Shown here: in pieces, positions 11,601-25,200 of the stretch
How the letters are laid out: each line of letters begins with the position of its first letter
Position numbering within the stretch: position 1 is the stretch's first letter
DNA from: Gnetum montanum
Lineage: Eukaryota > Plantae > Gnetophyta
Assembly: GCA_015680685.1 (NCBI GenBank)
Contig: MNCI01000690.1
Location: 336,487-400,486, forward strand
DNA length: 64,000 bases
Reading direction: 5' to 3'
Made by a program: the position numbers and the translations under genes
Notes under the pieces: model-generated
Database searches by the model: none
The model's input: only the letters and a program-made list of their open reading frames with translations
What the model was told of the DNA's origin: nothing

Positions 11601-12815
11601 TATTGACCTTTTGGTATGTCAAAACCTTAAGAAACATGGATAATAAGGATGTTTGTGTGGTTGTTGTGGTTGTAGGGAAAAAACTTGGATTTGGACAAAA
11701 GGAGAGCTCAAAGAAGAAGGACATCTAAAAGATCTTAAGAAAGGATGCAGGAGTTCAAAGTGGATAGATAAGGAATGAAGACCTCAAAGCTCAACTCTAA
11801 TGATTAAAGGGAAACCTTAGTATTGAAGAACTTATTGAATGAAGACATCTTGGCCAAGTTGAAGGTTGCTCAGAAGAAGACATCTCTAAAAAAACAAATG
11901 TCTACTATCAAGAAAAGATGTCTCCCTAATGATGAAGACATCTTGGCTAAGCTAAAGGTTGCTTCGAAGAAGATGTTTCTCAGAAATAGTAGACATATTC
12001 CTTGTAAAGAAGACATCTTCATGAAGACAGCTCCTCAAAGACATCTTCCTTGTGGAGAAGACATCTTTCCCAAATGAAAGTTTGATATAAAAAGATGTCT
12101 CAATCTCAAAGAAGACATCTCCAATGATCATTAGATAGTCATTACACGAATTCTGAAGTGATTTCAAAAACATCTAGGCTATAAGAAGACTTCATTCTCT
12201 TGAAAAATGTGTAAGCATTGTGAACTATCAAGTGTTAACATTAAGCAATCATTGTATATATCATTCTACTGTTCTTGTACCATATTGTACTATCTTTTGT
12301 ACTATTGTAAGCAGTCAAAGTGTGTTGTACCTCAAAGTACAAGGATCAACAAAATTAGTTGCATCCTCTCATTGTAATTTTTGTTTCTCTTTTGTTATCC
12401 TATGGGGTTGATGTGCTTCTTACAATAAGACATCATCCTTGATCTTGTCAAGATTCTATGGGATTGAGTGTTGGTGTAGCATCACAACACTCTGAAATAG
12501 AGTTCAGGTTGTAAAGGTTGTGAGATCCTGCAAACCACATTCTAAGCTTATCAATACCTTACAGGGTTGAGTGGATTCATGGCATCGAATCACTTTGAAG
12601 TAGAGCTTAGAGCTTGTATAGGGTGTGGTACCCTTCAAAGCACATTTTAAGAGCAAAAAAGTCTGAAGGTATGCTAGCAAACTATCCTCTAAGTGTGGAC
12701 TACCCAAGTTGGGTAATGTTAAATTTGGTGTTTGTTTTGGCTAATTAGTTTTTAATTAGGGGAACTTATTCATTCCTCCCTTCTAAGTTCAGTGATCCTG
12801 AAGTGGTATCAAAGC
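11601..12815 (+). mobile_element. 5' LTR and PBS of a SIRE-type Ty1/copia element
   Basis: The LTR end TTATTCATTCCTCCCTTCTAAG resembles the SIRE TATTCACCCCCCTCT motif. PBS TGGTATCAAAGC (tRNA-iMet) at 12804-12815. GAAGACATCT array at 11840-12125. The left boundary is approximate. Confidence 0.75.
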
Positions 12816-12859
12816 CTAGTACTTTTCTTCATCATCAATGTCAAGACTGAACAATATAG

Positions 12860-14075
12860 GGGACATCTTATACAAAGCCACCCATGTTCGATGGATTCAA
12901 CTTTGCCTATTGGAAAGCTAGAATGCAAGGATTCTTCAAGTTTATGGAATTCAAAGTTTGGGAGTCCATCCTTGAAGGTTACATGCTACCCACCAACAAC
13001 TCCACTAGAAACATCATGTTCCACAACAAATGGAGTCAAGAAGAAAAAGTAAGTGTCTATTTGACTTAAAAGCAAAGAATTGTTTATATTGTGCTTTAAA
13101 AATATGAGTTTACTAGCGTAGCTAAATGCAAAATGGCCAAAGAAACTTGGCAAACATTAGAGGCTACTTATGAGGGAACCTCAATTGTTAAACAATCTAA
13201 ATTGTTAGTTTTACAAAGTGAATATGATGAGCTCAAAATAAGAAAAGATGAGGAAATAAAAGATTATTTTTCTAGAGCCAATGATCTTGTTGTGGCCATA
13301 AGAGGTACTGGCAAAAATCTACTAGAGAGCGACGTTATTATTAAGATGATCAAAATATTCCAGCTAAATTTCATATCAAAGGTCATTGCCATGGAGAAAA
13401 TAAAAGATTTTTCAACTCTAAAATTTGAAGAGCTTCAAAGTGCTCTTATTTCTTGTGAAATAAAGATCATAAGTGAAGGGACTACTTAAGAAAAACCTCA
13501 AGAAAAGCTCATAAGTGAAATAAAGACTACCTCTAAGGAGAAGGGGCTCAATGAACATGATGAGAGCAATGAAGATGAAATTGCCTTTCTATCAAGGAAG
13601 CTACAAAGATTAATAGCAAGGAGAGGCAAGGGCTCAACTCAACAAAGGTCCAATCTATTCAAAGGTAAATAAAGAGGTAAAAAAATTTTAAATTCTAACT
13701 TATATTTCTCTTCTATAGAATGTTGGGTTTATAGAGGAAGGGGCCATATGGCCTCTAAATATCCTAGCAATAGCAGGGTGTAGCCAAAGAATAGATCCAA
13801 TGATGAGGAATTGAAAAAGACCAACTTCTATACAAGTTGGGATGATGTTGAGCAAAGTGAAGAGGAAGTAGATGACTCTACCAAAGATTCTCAACTCATA
13901 TTCATAGCTCTAAAAGAGGTAGATTTACCTCAAGCTTCTAATGATCTACAAGGTAAAAATGATGAAAGCTATAGTGAATTACGAGAAGTGATTCTCATCC
14001 TTCATTACTTTATTAGAAAGGTAAAGAAATTTTTGGATAAAAAACTTGATGTAGATCACACTAAGTTAAAAAGAG
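12860..14075 (+). pseudogene. Copia (SIRE-type) gag remnant
   Basis: PMFDGFNFAYWKARM...KVWESI, AKETWQTLEATYEGTSIVKQSKL...EEIKDYFSRA and a decayed zinc knuckle near 13720-13765. Confidence 0.85.
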
Positions 14076-14084
14076 AGATCTTCT

Positions 14085-17055
14085 AGGATTTTTTCTTGCT
14101 GGTTGGAATTGGTAAAAGACATTGTGACCACTATCTATTGGTGGTCTTATCTTGCTAATTTCCTAGTAATCAAAGTGGAGAACTGCAAAGGGGATTTTCC
14201 AATCATCATGGGAAGGGCATGGCTAACCACCATCAATGCAAGAATGGGCATCTAAAATCTTTCCCTAGAAATATCTAAAGAAAATGCATTCAAAAAGATC
14301 AAGAAGAAGAGAGTTCCATGCATCGCATACAGTGATAGTGGGTGTAATTGTCTGCAAAAAATTTAGGCCCTAAAGTGTGTGACTATCTCTACATGAAAAT
14401 AGTATGTGCCAGAAGTAGAAATTCAAAGGTGTTTATACATAGCAACCACAAAATAAGAGGGCACCCAGTGGCTAACCACTAATTTTGAAAGTAGCACACT
14501 TTGCATGGAATCGACTAAGAGCCTAACATGCACATATGTCATGAGCATGGATGAACTCAAGCAAGTTCATCACTAACTCTTTGATGATATGAATGATGAT
14601 ACTCATTGGGGAGAAATGGAAATTCTTGAAATGTTTAAACAAGAGCCCCTTGAACTAAAAATGCTATCAATTAGAAGGAAATATGTGTTTTTGAAAAATG
14701 GAAAGCCGGTTATAATCAATGCAAATCTTACTCTAGAGCAAAAAAAAGATGTTGTTGAAGGTAGTTGAAAAATGGTCAATAGCATTTGCTTGGTCATATC
14801 ATGAATTCATAGGGATTAATCCTAATATATGCTAGCATCACATCTACATCGACTCATCCATGAAGCCAAAATGACAATCACAAAGGCAATTGAACCCCAA
14901 ACTAAAGTAGATTGTCAAGGAGAAAATCAAGCAACTCCTCAAGGCAAGGTTCATTTATCCCATTGTGGATAATGAGTGGGTTAGCCCACTTGTAATTGTG
15001 CCAAGGAAATGTGGCAAGTGGTGGGTCTACATTGATTTTTGGCTACTGAATATGGCAACATTCAAGATCACTTTCCATTGCCATTTGTTGATCAAGTGCT
15101 TGACACAATATCTGGGCATTGCTACTATAGTTTTCTAGATGGCTATAGTGGCTATAACCAAATTCAAATTACACCAGAAGACTAAGCAAAGATAACATTC
15201 ATAAGTCCCTAGGGAACTTTTGCATATTACAAGATGTCGTTTGGTCTATGCAATGCTCTTGCCACATTCCAACACCTAGTTATGAGCATTTTTCAATAGC
15301 AGATTGGTAGTGGTGTGGAAGTCTTCATGGATGACTTCTCCACTTATGGAGCTACATTTGAGCAAGCCTTGGAACACCTTAAGAAAGTGCTAAAGTTATG
15401 TGTTGAAACCAACTTGTGGCTCAATGGGTAGAAAAGTCACTTAATGGTCCAAGAGGGCATTGTATTGGGGCATAGAATATCACAAGCAGGAATTGAGGTA
15501 GATCCTAAGAAAATAAGGGTCATCCAAGGAATAACCCATCAACCAAAATAATTAAAGATGTTTGGTCATTCTTTGACATACTGGCTACTACCAGCTATTC
15601 ATAGAGAATTTCTCTAAGATCATAAAACCATTGGTAAAGCTAACAAAGAAAGATGCTCCCTTTGTCTAGACCATAGAATGTGAAAAAGCATTCTAGTTAT
15701 TGAAGGAGAAAGTTGTAGAAACTCTAATTCTACAAACACCTGACTAGTCCAAGCCATTTCATACATTATAGATGTATCAAATTATGCTTTTGGAGTTGTG
15801 CTTATGTAGTTAGATGATAAAAAATGTTCATACTACATCCATTATGCTAGCTGAACCATTGTGGTTGCACAACTAAACTACACCACCATAGAGAAATAAT
15901 TAATGGCAGTGATATTTGCTCTAGAGAAGTTTAGGCATTGTGTGCTTGGATACAAAGTGTTTGTGCACACAGACCACAGTGCCATCTGCTTCCTGATGAA
16001 CAAGCCAATGGTGAGCCCCCATGTCATATGGTGGCTAGTGATCTTGCAGGAATTCAATTTTACGATGGTAGATCAAAAGGGCACTGAGAATGTGGTCATT
16101 GATCACTTGTCTTAGTTGTGATGGGACAACAAAGAGGAAGAAATTTCACTATCTAACATGTTTCTTGATGAACTCCTCTTTACTTAGGGTATAACTGAAC
16201 AAATGTCCAATGAGCAAAAATGGTATGATGGCATTCTCACCTATCTTCTCACTTAGGAGATGCCACAAGGATTAGACCACTAGAAGAAATAGTAGTTTCT
16301 TCACTAGGTAAAACACTTCATGGAGATCAATGGACACCTCTACAAGGTGTGTGCTGATGGCTTGGTTCATTGGTGTGTCTATGATGTTGATCAACTGCAC
16401 ATTTTCCAAGATGCTCATGAAGGTCCTTATGGAGGACACTATGCTATAAGACACATGACCATTAAAATCTTGATGGCAAGGTATTATTAGCCAATAATCT
16501 TTAGGGATGCTCACCATTATGTCCACTCTTATGAACAATGCCAATGAGATGGTGGAATGACCACTCAAATGGAGGAACCTCAACAATGGATTTAACCATT
16601 GAAACCATTCAACATTTGGGACACTAATTTCATAGGTTCCATCATGCCCATGTTAAATGGAAATTCATACATCAACTTCCTATTCAATTTGAGCTCTATA
16701 CACTTTCAACTACTTGTGACCTTGACCTTGACTTAAGTCTAGCTCAAAAAGAATGACTAATGAATCTCAACCTACTAGATGAAAATTGATTAATAACCCT
16801 ATCATCTAATGAGTTGTACAAGGCCTATAACAAAAAGTGTCATGACCTACAAATCAGAAAAGTCAAATTTCAACTAAGAGATAAGGTTCTTTGCTAGAAC
16901 CCCACACACATACCTCTACGAACTAAGTTCCAAACATTGTGGGAAGGGCTTTACATCATTTATAAGACTTTTCCTTTAGGGTCCATGATGCTCTACAAGC
17001 TTGAGAGCCCAAAAAGAAAATAGCTAGTTAACATCCAACAAATTAAACCTTAACA
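14085..17055 (+). pseudogene. Athila-type Ty3/gypsy pol remnant (PR, RT, RNase H, internally deleted integrase)
   Basis: PIIMGRAWLTT (PR), FIYPIVDNEWVSPLVIVPRK, DHFPLPFVDQVL..ISGH.YYSFLDGYSGYNQI, VEVFMDDF, AVIFALEKFR..VLGYKVFVHTDHSAI and GTENVVIDHLS, with many stops. Confidence 0.9.
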
Positions 17056-17797
17056 TGAGCATACACCAACTAACATGACAAGCACCTCATTAGATGGACA
17101 ACCACGCTCAATATTTTGGATATCCTCCTTTCAGCTTAGTTGTGGGGGAGATGGCCACCCATGCTAACCATATAAGTAGCTCCTTAGTTTTTCAACTTTT
17201 TTTTTACATATTTTTTATTTTACAACTTTATGTTTTACACATTCTTTATTTTACATCTTTTTATTTTCATGTTATTAATCTTTTCTAATTTTTATTTTAC
17301 ACCATCATTAGTACATTTGCTATTTCTTGAATATTTTATACTTTCTTTTATATTTTCTTTTATTTTATTTGCTGTGATTTTCTAACTTTTTGTTAATAAG
17401 TGCCAGGTACATTGGTAATGTGTTACTTGATGGTGGTGTGTACTACTTTATTATTTGATTGTTGGTGTCTAGTTTCTGGCTTTGAATTTTGTTACAGATA
17501 ATTAGGACATGGTTTCTTTTTCATGCAATAGGCAATGAGTCCATGACATCCACCCATCCACAAACTCTATGGTTTTCCTTGTTTTGGAAATGTGTAGTCC
17601 CTTTTTCATTAATAAAACTTCAATAAATTTGTGACTTTGGTAGTTTTTGGAATTGGGAAGGATTCAAAGGTTTGAACATGATGTGGCTTCAAGGGGATTC
17701 AATATTATTTATGATTTTCTATTTGCCTGGATGCATGTGTGTTTTCATAGACCTCTTATCATTCTACCTCATCTAATAAAAGGAAGTTAAATAAGTT

Positions 17798-18045
17798 CTT
17801 GCATGGTGTGGTTCTCATTAGAAAAATATGATGAGAATTCAAAGCACACCCCTTGGACAAAATAAATGCATATGTCCTTGCATGGTGTGGTTCTCATCAA
17901 AAGAGAGAAAGAGAAAGAGAAAGAGAGGATGAGAATTCAAAGCACACCCCTTGGACAAAATAAATGCATGTGTCTTTGCATGGTGTGGTTTCCATTTCAA
18001 AAATAATAATAGGAATTCAAAGCACATCCCTTAGATAGAATAAAC
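17798..18045 (+). repeat. Three copies of a 70-100 bp unit in the Athila 3' non-coding region
   Basis: TTGCATGGTGTGGTT...GAATTCAAAGCACA(C/T)CCCTT occurs three times. Confidence 0.85.
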
Positions 18046-19260
18046 AGGCTACAAGCACTAGTTATGAGACTAGTCCCCCTCTAACTAAGGCCCTTCCTCA
18101 CTTCCTACTCCTTCTCTAATAAGGAATAGTGGTTGTTCTATGGGAGCACTCTTGTTCTCAGGGGATGAACTAGTTTTAGAATGTCAATGTGAAGTCACTG
18201 AATGTGGTTGGTTTTGGTCTAGACTAAGGATGGATCCTATCAAGTCATTTAACCATAAAATCCACAAGAAACTTCATGTGATCTTAATTAGGAACTCCAT
18301 TCCACTCTCTCTCTCTTATCCATCTATGCTTTCCATGTCTCACCTCACTCTCAATTTCATGTTCTTGATTCAATGTTTTGGTTTGATGTGTCAGAACTCT
18401 TAGTTAGTTTCTTCCAGGTTTTTGTACTTAACCTTTCATAACCATTAATCATCCAAGGAGCCCACAAACTCTTTGGCTTGAAGTTATGCAAAGGTAGAAA
18501 AGGCCTATACCTACTTTGGGAAGGACCCACTTACATATCTTTTGGTTAAGTGGGACCCACTTACTCTTTTGCCTTACATACCTACCTTTGAAGTTAAGTT
18601 CTTTATCCTTAGACACTCTTACAATCAAATTTTTTTTATTTATCCCATCAATGACGTCCAATTGTACACATCTTCACAACATTTTTTAAAGAACTTTCCT
18701 TTCTAACATTGTGAAATCTTACACCCTCTTCAAATATTTTCTTCTGTCAAACTTTTTCAATTTCATGGACCACTTATTTATTTTACCCTATTTACTAAAA
18801 GAGTCAATCTACCACAATCACAACTTAGCTAAGTGCAACCACAAACAAGACAATGCCTTTAACAACTATATGTTCCACATTACATACTAGTTCATGATTC
18901 TGTTGTGATTGCAGTGGAAAGCATGGATTGGAAGTGGGACTATCTTCACCTATGATGATGCAACAGTATCACACAATGAGGACCATTCATGATCATTCGA
19001 TCTCTTCTCTCTCTCATTCTTTTGCTGCTAAGAGGTGTTGGATGTCAATGTTATCCAAGGTGTTCACTTCTCTTATCATGAACACCCAATGTTGTAAAAA
19101 TTGTAATTTTGTACATTTGGGTACTTAGAGTTTGTTGTTCCATTTGAGTCAGTCTATATGTTAGTTAATAATCCCATACCTACCCAATATATTATGTTAT
19201 ATAGAACTTGTTCATCCTCTTCTTCACTCAAGAACAAGTTTTCATTCAGTCATGGGGGTA

Positions 19261-20089
19261 TGATGAATCGTCATTTTCCAGTGGCCGCGACATCGGGTAT
19301 GTGATGTTGGGATTTGGATCTAATGTTAGGGTATATACCTTGTCCTATAAATATAGTGTCAAGGCTCCAATTTTCATATAGTTTTTCATGTTAGTTTTCA
19401 ACTAGAGTAGCGAAGCTCTTGTAATTTATTTTCCTAAAAGTTAGAATATTTTCTAAGTGCTCGCATAAGGAGTCTAAATGTGTATGGTTCTTTGTTCAAA
19501 CACTAATGTACCTGAGCGCAATAGTGTGACAAGAATAAAACTAACTTTTTTGACAATCCTTGTAGCACTGAGAATAGATTAATGTTTCTTTTAATGCACT
19601 TTACTTTTATGCTTTTTAATTTAATGCATTTAAATTGAGTAATTTATTTTAGTAGTTAATGAACACAAGCATGACCACATCAAGCATACATATAGTTCTT
19701 GGTAACCCAATAACGCTTAATGTTTGATAGCCCAACAGTGTTATATGTGTTTAGGATGTATCTAGGAAAGTGGAACGGTTACTTGTGTCAGGCTAGATAG
19801 GCAGTAAACAAATTAGATTTTAAATTACTTCACTTTTCATTCTTATTGTAAGCAATCAAACTTATAAAATATAAAATAAGAAAAATCATGTACCTCAATT
19901 ACACTTAAACCATACCCTTGAGCCTCGCAAGTGTAGTTGGGAAGACAATGAACATTCTCAACACCTGTTTCACTTCCTAGAGAAAACTAGTGGACTAGAG
20001 AACTATAGGTCCATAGAATTCGATTAAATTGCATGTAAACGCCTTAGTGATTCATATGGTTGGGCATACAGATACTTTGCTACTCATCA
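19261..20089 (+). mobile_element. Athila-type 3' LTR (subfamily A), with PPT CATGGGGGTA at 19251-19260
   Basis: TGATGA...TCATCA termini, TATA CCTATAAATA at about 19344 and a PPT directly upstream. Confidence 0.85.
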
Positions 20090-22271
20090 ATCCCTAAGAG
20101 GATACTAGAAGGAGGACCTTCACAACCGAAAAGTTGTAAAGACACAACTCAAAGCATCCCCATTATGGCCCATACTAATCAATAGTGGAGAATGGAACAT
20201 AGGAGAAACCAATTCTAGCAAAATAAAGAGGCTAATGCAATAGTTAAAATCAAAGGAGTCTCTATGTCACACTCAGTAGAGAGGACATATGGAAAAAGAA
20301 GATAAAGATAGAAGAGAAGAAGCTTTCCAGGAGCCTGATGACAAAGGAAAGAAGCCGATGGAAGATCCACCACCACCTAAAATACAAACTATATTGAGCC
20401 ACTTCAAATTTTGTTTTTATTTTGTCATGTAACTATGTCATTTTTTATACACACCACTACAGCACTTAGAGTCAATCAACAATATCGTATCTTCCTGGTG
20501 AGTGGCAAGGTACCCCTACACTCAACCATATGAAACGAGTGTAGCACATGCGATCCGGTCGAACTCCGCAGACAGACTAGTTGTGGCACCTAGATAGTTA
20601 TCCTTAGGTCGCAGTTCGCTATCTTCCCACTTGGATTAGTATTATATTTTTCACGTATGGTTTAGTTCAGATGAGGTGTATGATATGTTCCTAATTCTAA
20701 CGCTACTCCTGAAGGTAGTGGAAAATAATATTGACTAAGCTAAGCTAGGAGGAGAAAGGTAAGAGAATCTAATCTAGCCTAAGTGTGATGAGCAACCGAT
20801 TCCCTGATCAACCATACACATCTTGGACCTTGTGCACGACTACCACTGGGATTACCAAGCGTAGATCCTAGGTATGCCACTGGGTTACCAAGTAGTCACA
20901 CGAAGATGCTCGTAATCAAGTCATACTCATTCCGCATTAAAATAATTAAATAAACAAAGTGACTATTGCAATGATGAAGTAATCTCGATCTTTATTGCTG
21001 GTCATGTGCGTGTCCAAGTACGTCACACTCGAATAAAGGATGCTGTACAATTACATTCACCACACTGTGGGCAAACACGGGAAAATAAACTATCTCTGGA
21101 GTGGCCAAACTGCTAGAGCTTCGCTACTTCTAACTCCTAACTAATAACTAATAATGAACAAGGGAGAGCCACTTCTTATTTATAGATATTGCAACGGACT
21201 GCAATATCGCATACGCGATATCGCGGGGGATGCGATATCGGGACTTATGCAATATCACGTCCCATCACTTCCCAATTTTGTAAAGAAAGCTCAGTCTTAT
21301 CCTATGAAATTGAGGATGAGTTTTTAGTCAATTTTGGGGGTATGATAAATCATTAGTTGGCTGAGATATCATAGATGTTATATCACATCTATGTTTTAGC
21401 ATCCCTATTGGTGCATCTTAGTTGGTTATTATGTCATAGATGCGATGTCACATTTGTTTTATGATGTCATAAATGCAATGTTAAAATTATAATAAATGTC
21501 TATAAATACAAGACTTTCCACCATGTATTGGATACTTTTGGATCATTTAGTAATAAAACTCTTTCAGTTTGTTTTCGTAACTTAGCAATAGAGAGTAAAC
21601 GCTCACAGTGTGGTGTTGAGTAGTTGTACAAAATCTTTATTTGAGTGAAGTGTACTTGGGCATAGTTCATGTTTAGAAATAAAGATCGAGATTGCTTTTC
21701 ATTATTGTAGCATCCACTTAGTTTTACTGTATTACTTAGCATAGCTTTTACTATTTTCTTATTTTAATCATTTACATTTCCAAGCACTTTACTTTCTTTT
21801 TCATTAGTAAAGTAGAATGAGTATGACTGGTTTTAAGCATTTAAGTGTAATCATTTGGTAATCCCAGTAGTGTTTTAACTTAGTTCACCCAACAGCATAA
21901 TGCTTGGTAATCCAATAACAATTACATAAGACCAAGATGTGTACGGTAAGCTAGGATTGAATATTGATCACTCTAGGCTAGAGTAGAATTACATTACCAT
22001 CATTACTTAGATTTAGATTTCTATTCTTAACTTTCATCATCTTCATAACTAGGAGAATTAAAGTCTAAACAACATCAATTATCATATGGCTTACTTTGGA
22101 CTAAACCATATGTGACAAAGCTCTGACTAGTTCAAGTGGGAAGATAGCAGCCTACGATCAATACTTAACAATCTAGATGCCACAACTAGTCCCATCCATG
22201 GAATTCGGCTAGATCATGTGTGATTGCTTGTGATTTGTATGGTTGGGCATAGGGGTACCTATTGCTTATCA
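20090..22271 (+). mobile_element. 3' part of a second Athila element (accessory-ORF tail, PPT, LTR 21343-22271, subfamily B)
   Basis: ...EPDDKGKKPMEDPPPPK tail near 20330-20380, PPT TTTGGGGGTA and LTR TGATAA...CTTATCA. It is interrupted by the solo LTR at 20496-21267. Confidence 0.7.
20496..21267 (-). mobile_element. Athila-type solo LTR (subfamily B) with 5-bp TSD CTTCC
   Basis: TG...CA termini, CTTCC at both 20491-20495 and 21268-21272, and homology to 29996-30770 and 35214-36021. Confidence 0.9.
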
Positions 22272-25200
22272 TGTGTCCCTATACTAGCTTTCCCACCCTT
22301 TAAAAAGTGAACTCATGTGAACATGAGAGTAGGAGTTGAAGTGATTCCCTACTCATGAAGTATGGTCTCATGAACCCATACAGCATCATCCACAAACTGA
22401 TCCTTCCAATGGATCAAATATTCATGCCTCTTGACATCTTGAGTACTAGAAGCTTTCCTTCACTTAAGTATAATTACCTTCTTCTCCTTTGATGGCTTGA
22501 ACTAATCAATATCCCCCTTTAACTCATTGATGCTATCTTGTATGGTCTCCTCATAAACTAGTTCATGATAGTGTACAAGATATGAAACATTAAATACAAA
22601 AGATAAACCAATATCATTTGGTAAATCAATCTCAAAAGAATTATCATTAATTTTAGCCTTGATTCTAAAAGGTTCCATCTTCTTGGCTTTCAACTTGGAG
22701 AAGTTAATACCTCTCAACTACTTCTTGTTCAAGTGCATCCAAAAGAAGACATTAACAGCAAAAGTAGGCTTTTTTTTGTTCTCATTCCTTTCAAGGGCTT
22801 TCTCTTTAGCCTTTTTCTTAAGATTTTATTTTACTTATGCATGGATATCCCTCATCTCTTACACAAAAGAAGTACTTAATTAAGCTTCATCATCAAAACT
22901 CTTCAAAGTGTCCACCATCTTTGGACAAAACCCATAGTTCACCTTGAATGGGCTTTTACCAATAACAACATGAGAAGCATTATAGTGTGAAAATTTAGCT
23001 ACCAATAGCAACATAAGAAGCATTATAGTGCAAAAATTTAGCATGAAACAACAAGTTTTCCCACCTATTTAGTTGTCCATCACATAAACATACCAATATG
23101 TCTAGCAAAGATTTATTCACCACCTCCATTTGACCATCAGATTATGGATGATATACACTAGAAAAATTCAATTTTGTCTCTAAAATTTTCCAAAGGAACC
23201 TCCAAAAGTGACTAGTAAATTTCAAGTCTATGTCATTAACAATATTCAAAGGAATTTAATGCAACTTCATAACATGCTAGCAAAACAAATTTGTAACATG
23301 GGAAGCATCACTCATCTTCTTGCATGAAATGAAATGTACCATCTTAGAGAACATGTCCACAAAAAAAAATTGCATCATTTCCACTTTTAGTTTTTGGGAT
23401 ACCACTCACAAAATCCATAGACACAGTTTCCCATGGATCCTTGGGAATTGGCAAAGGCACATAATGTCCATCCACTCCTTTACCCTCTTTGAACTTCTCA
23501 TAAGCCAAACACTCCTTCACAAAATTTGAAACTTCACTTACCATACCAAGCCAAAAATAGTGCCTACCCACAAGTTCCAATGTTGTATCTCACCTAATGT
23601 GACTTGCCATGCCACTACAATGCTTTTCAAAAAAAAAATCTTTTTTCAAAAATCACAATTAAAAATACATACATTTCCATTCTTAAATAATATCTCATCT
23701 TGAATATGATAGTTCCTCCACTAGTCTATCCTACTCATTAATGGCTCATTGAGACCCCTCCAAACCTATCCAAACTCAACATCATGCTCATATAAAGAAG
23801 TAAATTTACTCGTACCATCAACATGAGGTACACTAAAATTCACCACATGCACCCTCAATAATGCATCAGCCACCACATTAGCTTTTCCACTTTTGTGCTT
23901 TAACACAAAATTGAACTCCTATAATTGTATAATTCACTTTATGTGCTTTGCACTCAACTTCTTTTGTGAGTTTACCAATTGAAGTGCCTTTTGGTTCATC
24001 ATCATTGGGAACTTATTAGATAATAAGTAATACCTCCAATGCTTGATTGCTTGAAGAACACATACAACTCCTTGACATATATGCTATATTTTTGCCTTAA
24101 CTCATTCAACTTTTTTGAAAACAAAGTAACAAGCCTACCTTCTTGTGAAAGTACCCCACCAATGGTAAGTTCACTTTCATCCATCTCCACCTAGAAACAT
24201 TTTTGAAAATCTAAAATCACAAGCACAAGTTCACTGATAATTTTTTCTTTCAACAAGTCAAAGATCCCTTAGGTTTCATTATCCCACCTCAAATCTTTAT
24301 TTTTCTTCAACAAACCAAACATAAGCCACAAATTACCACTAAAATTTTTTATGAACCATCTATAAAAACATGCTAAACTAAGCAATGATCTTACCTCCTC
24401 AACATTCTTAGGAGTTGACCAATCCCTAATAGCCTTCACCTTGGTAGCTTCCATTTGAATTTGGTTTTTAGAAACCACATGCCCCAAATATGTGATTTCC
24501 CTCTTGAATAAATGACTATTCTTCATGTTAATCACTAATTGTGCCTCCTTCAACTTAAGACATACCATCCTCAAGATATTTAAGTTCTCTTCCTTATTAG
24601 AGGTATATACCAAAATATCATGAAAAAAGATAATACAACACTTATCAATCAGGCCCTTTAGTACATCATGCATCAACCTCATAAATGTAGCAAGTGCATT
24701 TGTGAGCCCAAATGGCATCACTAACAACTCAAACAATCCATCTGGTATTTTAAAAGTTATCTTCCATTCATCACCAGGCCTGATCTTGATTTGATGGTAA
24801 CCACTCTTGAAATTAAATTTGCTAAAAATTTCAACATTAGTAAGGACATCAAGGATATCATCCATCCTTGGATTAGGAAACTTGTACTGAAATTCATCCG
24901 ATTCACTATCCTAGAATCAATGCACATCCTCCACTCATTGTTGTTATTCTTTGGCACTAGCATCACTAGAATTGCATAAGGTAAAATGGATTCCCTCATA
25001 AAACCATATGCAAGTAACTTCTCTACTTACCTTTGCAATTAAACTCGATGATTTGATGTCACCTAGTAAGCCCTATTTTTTGGAATGGTAATACTAGGAA
25101 TAAAATCAATCTGATGTTGTACATTTCTTATTGGTGGTAATTCATACAATTTTTCTTTGAACACCTTGGAAAAATTCTCCTTCAAGCCTAGCATATCTAT

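Noticed and set aside
19261-22271. LTRs 19261-20089 and 21343-22271 as the two ends of one element
   Set aside because: They belong to different subfamilies, each is preceded by its own PPT, and no PBS follows the first.
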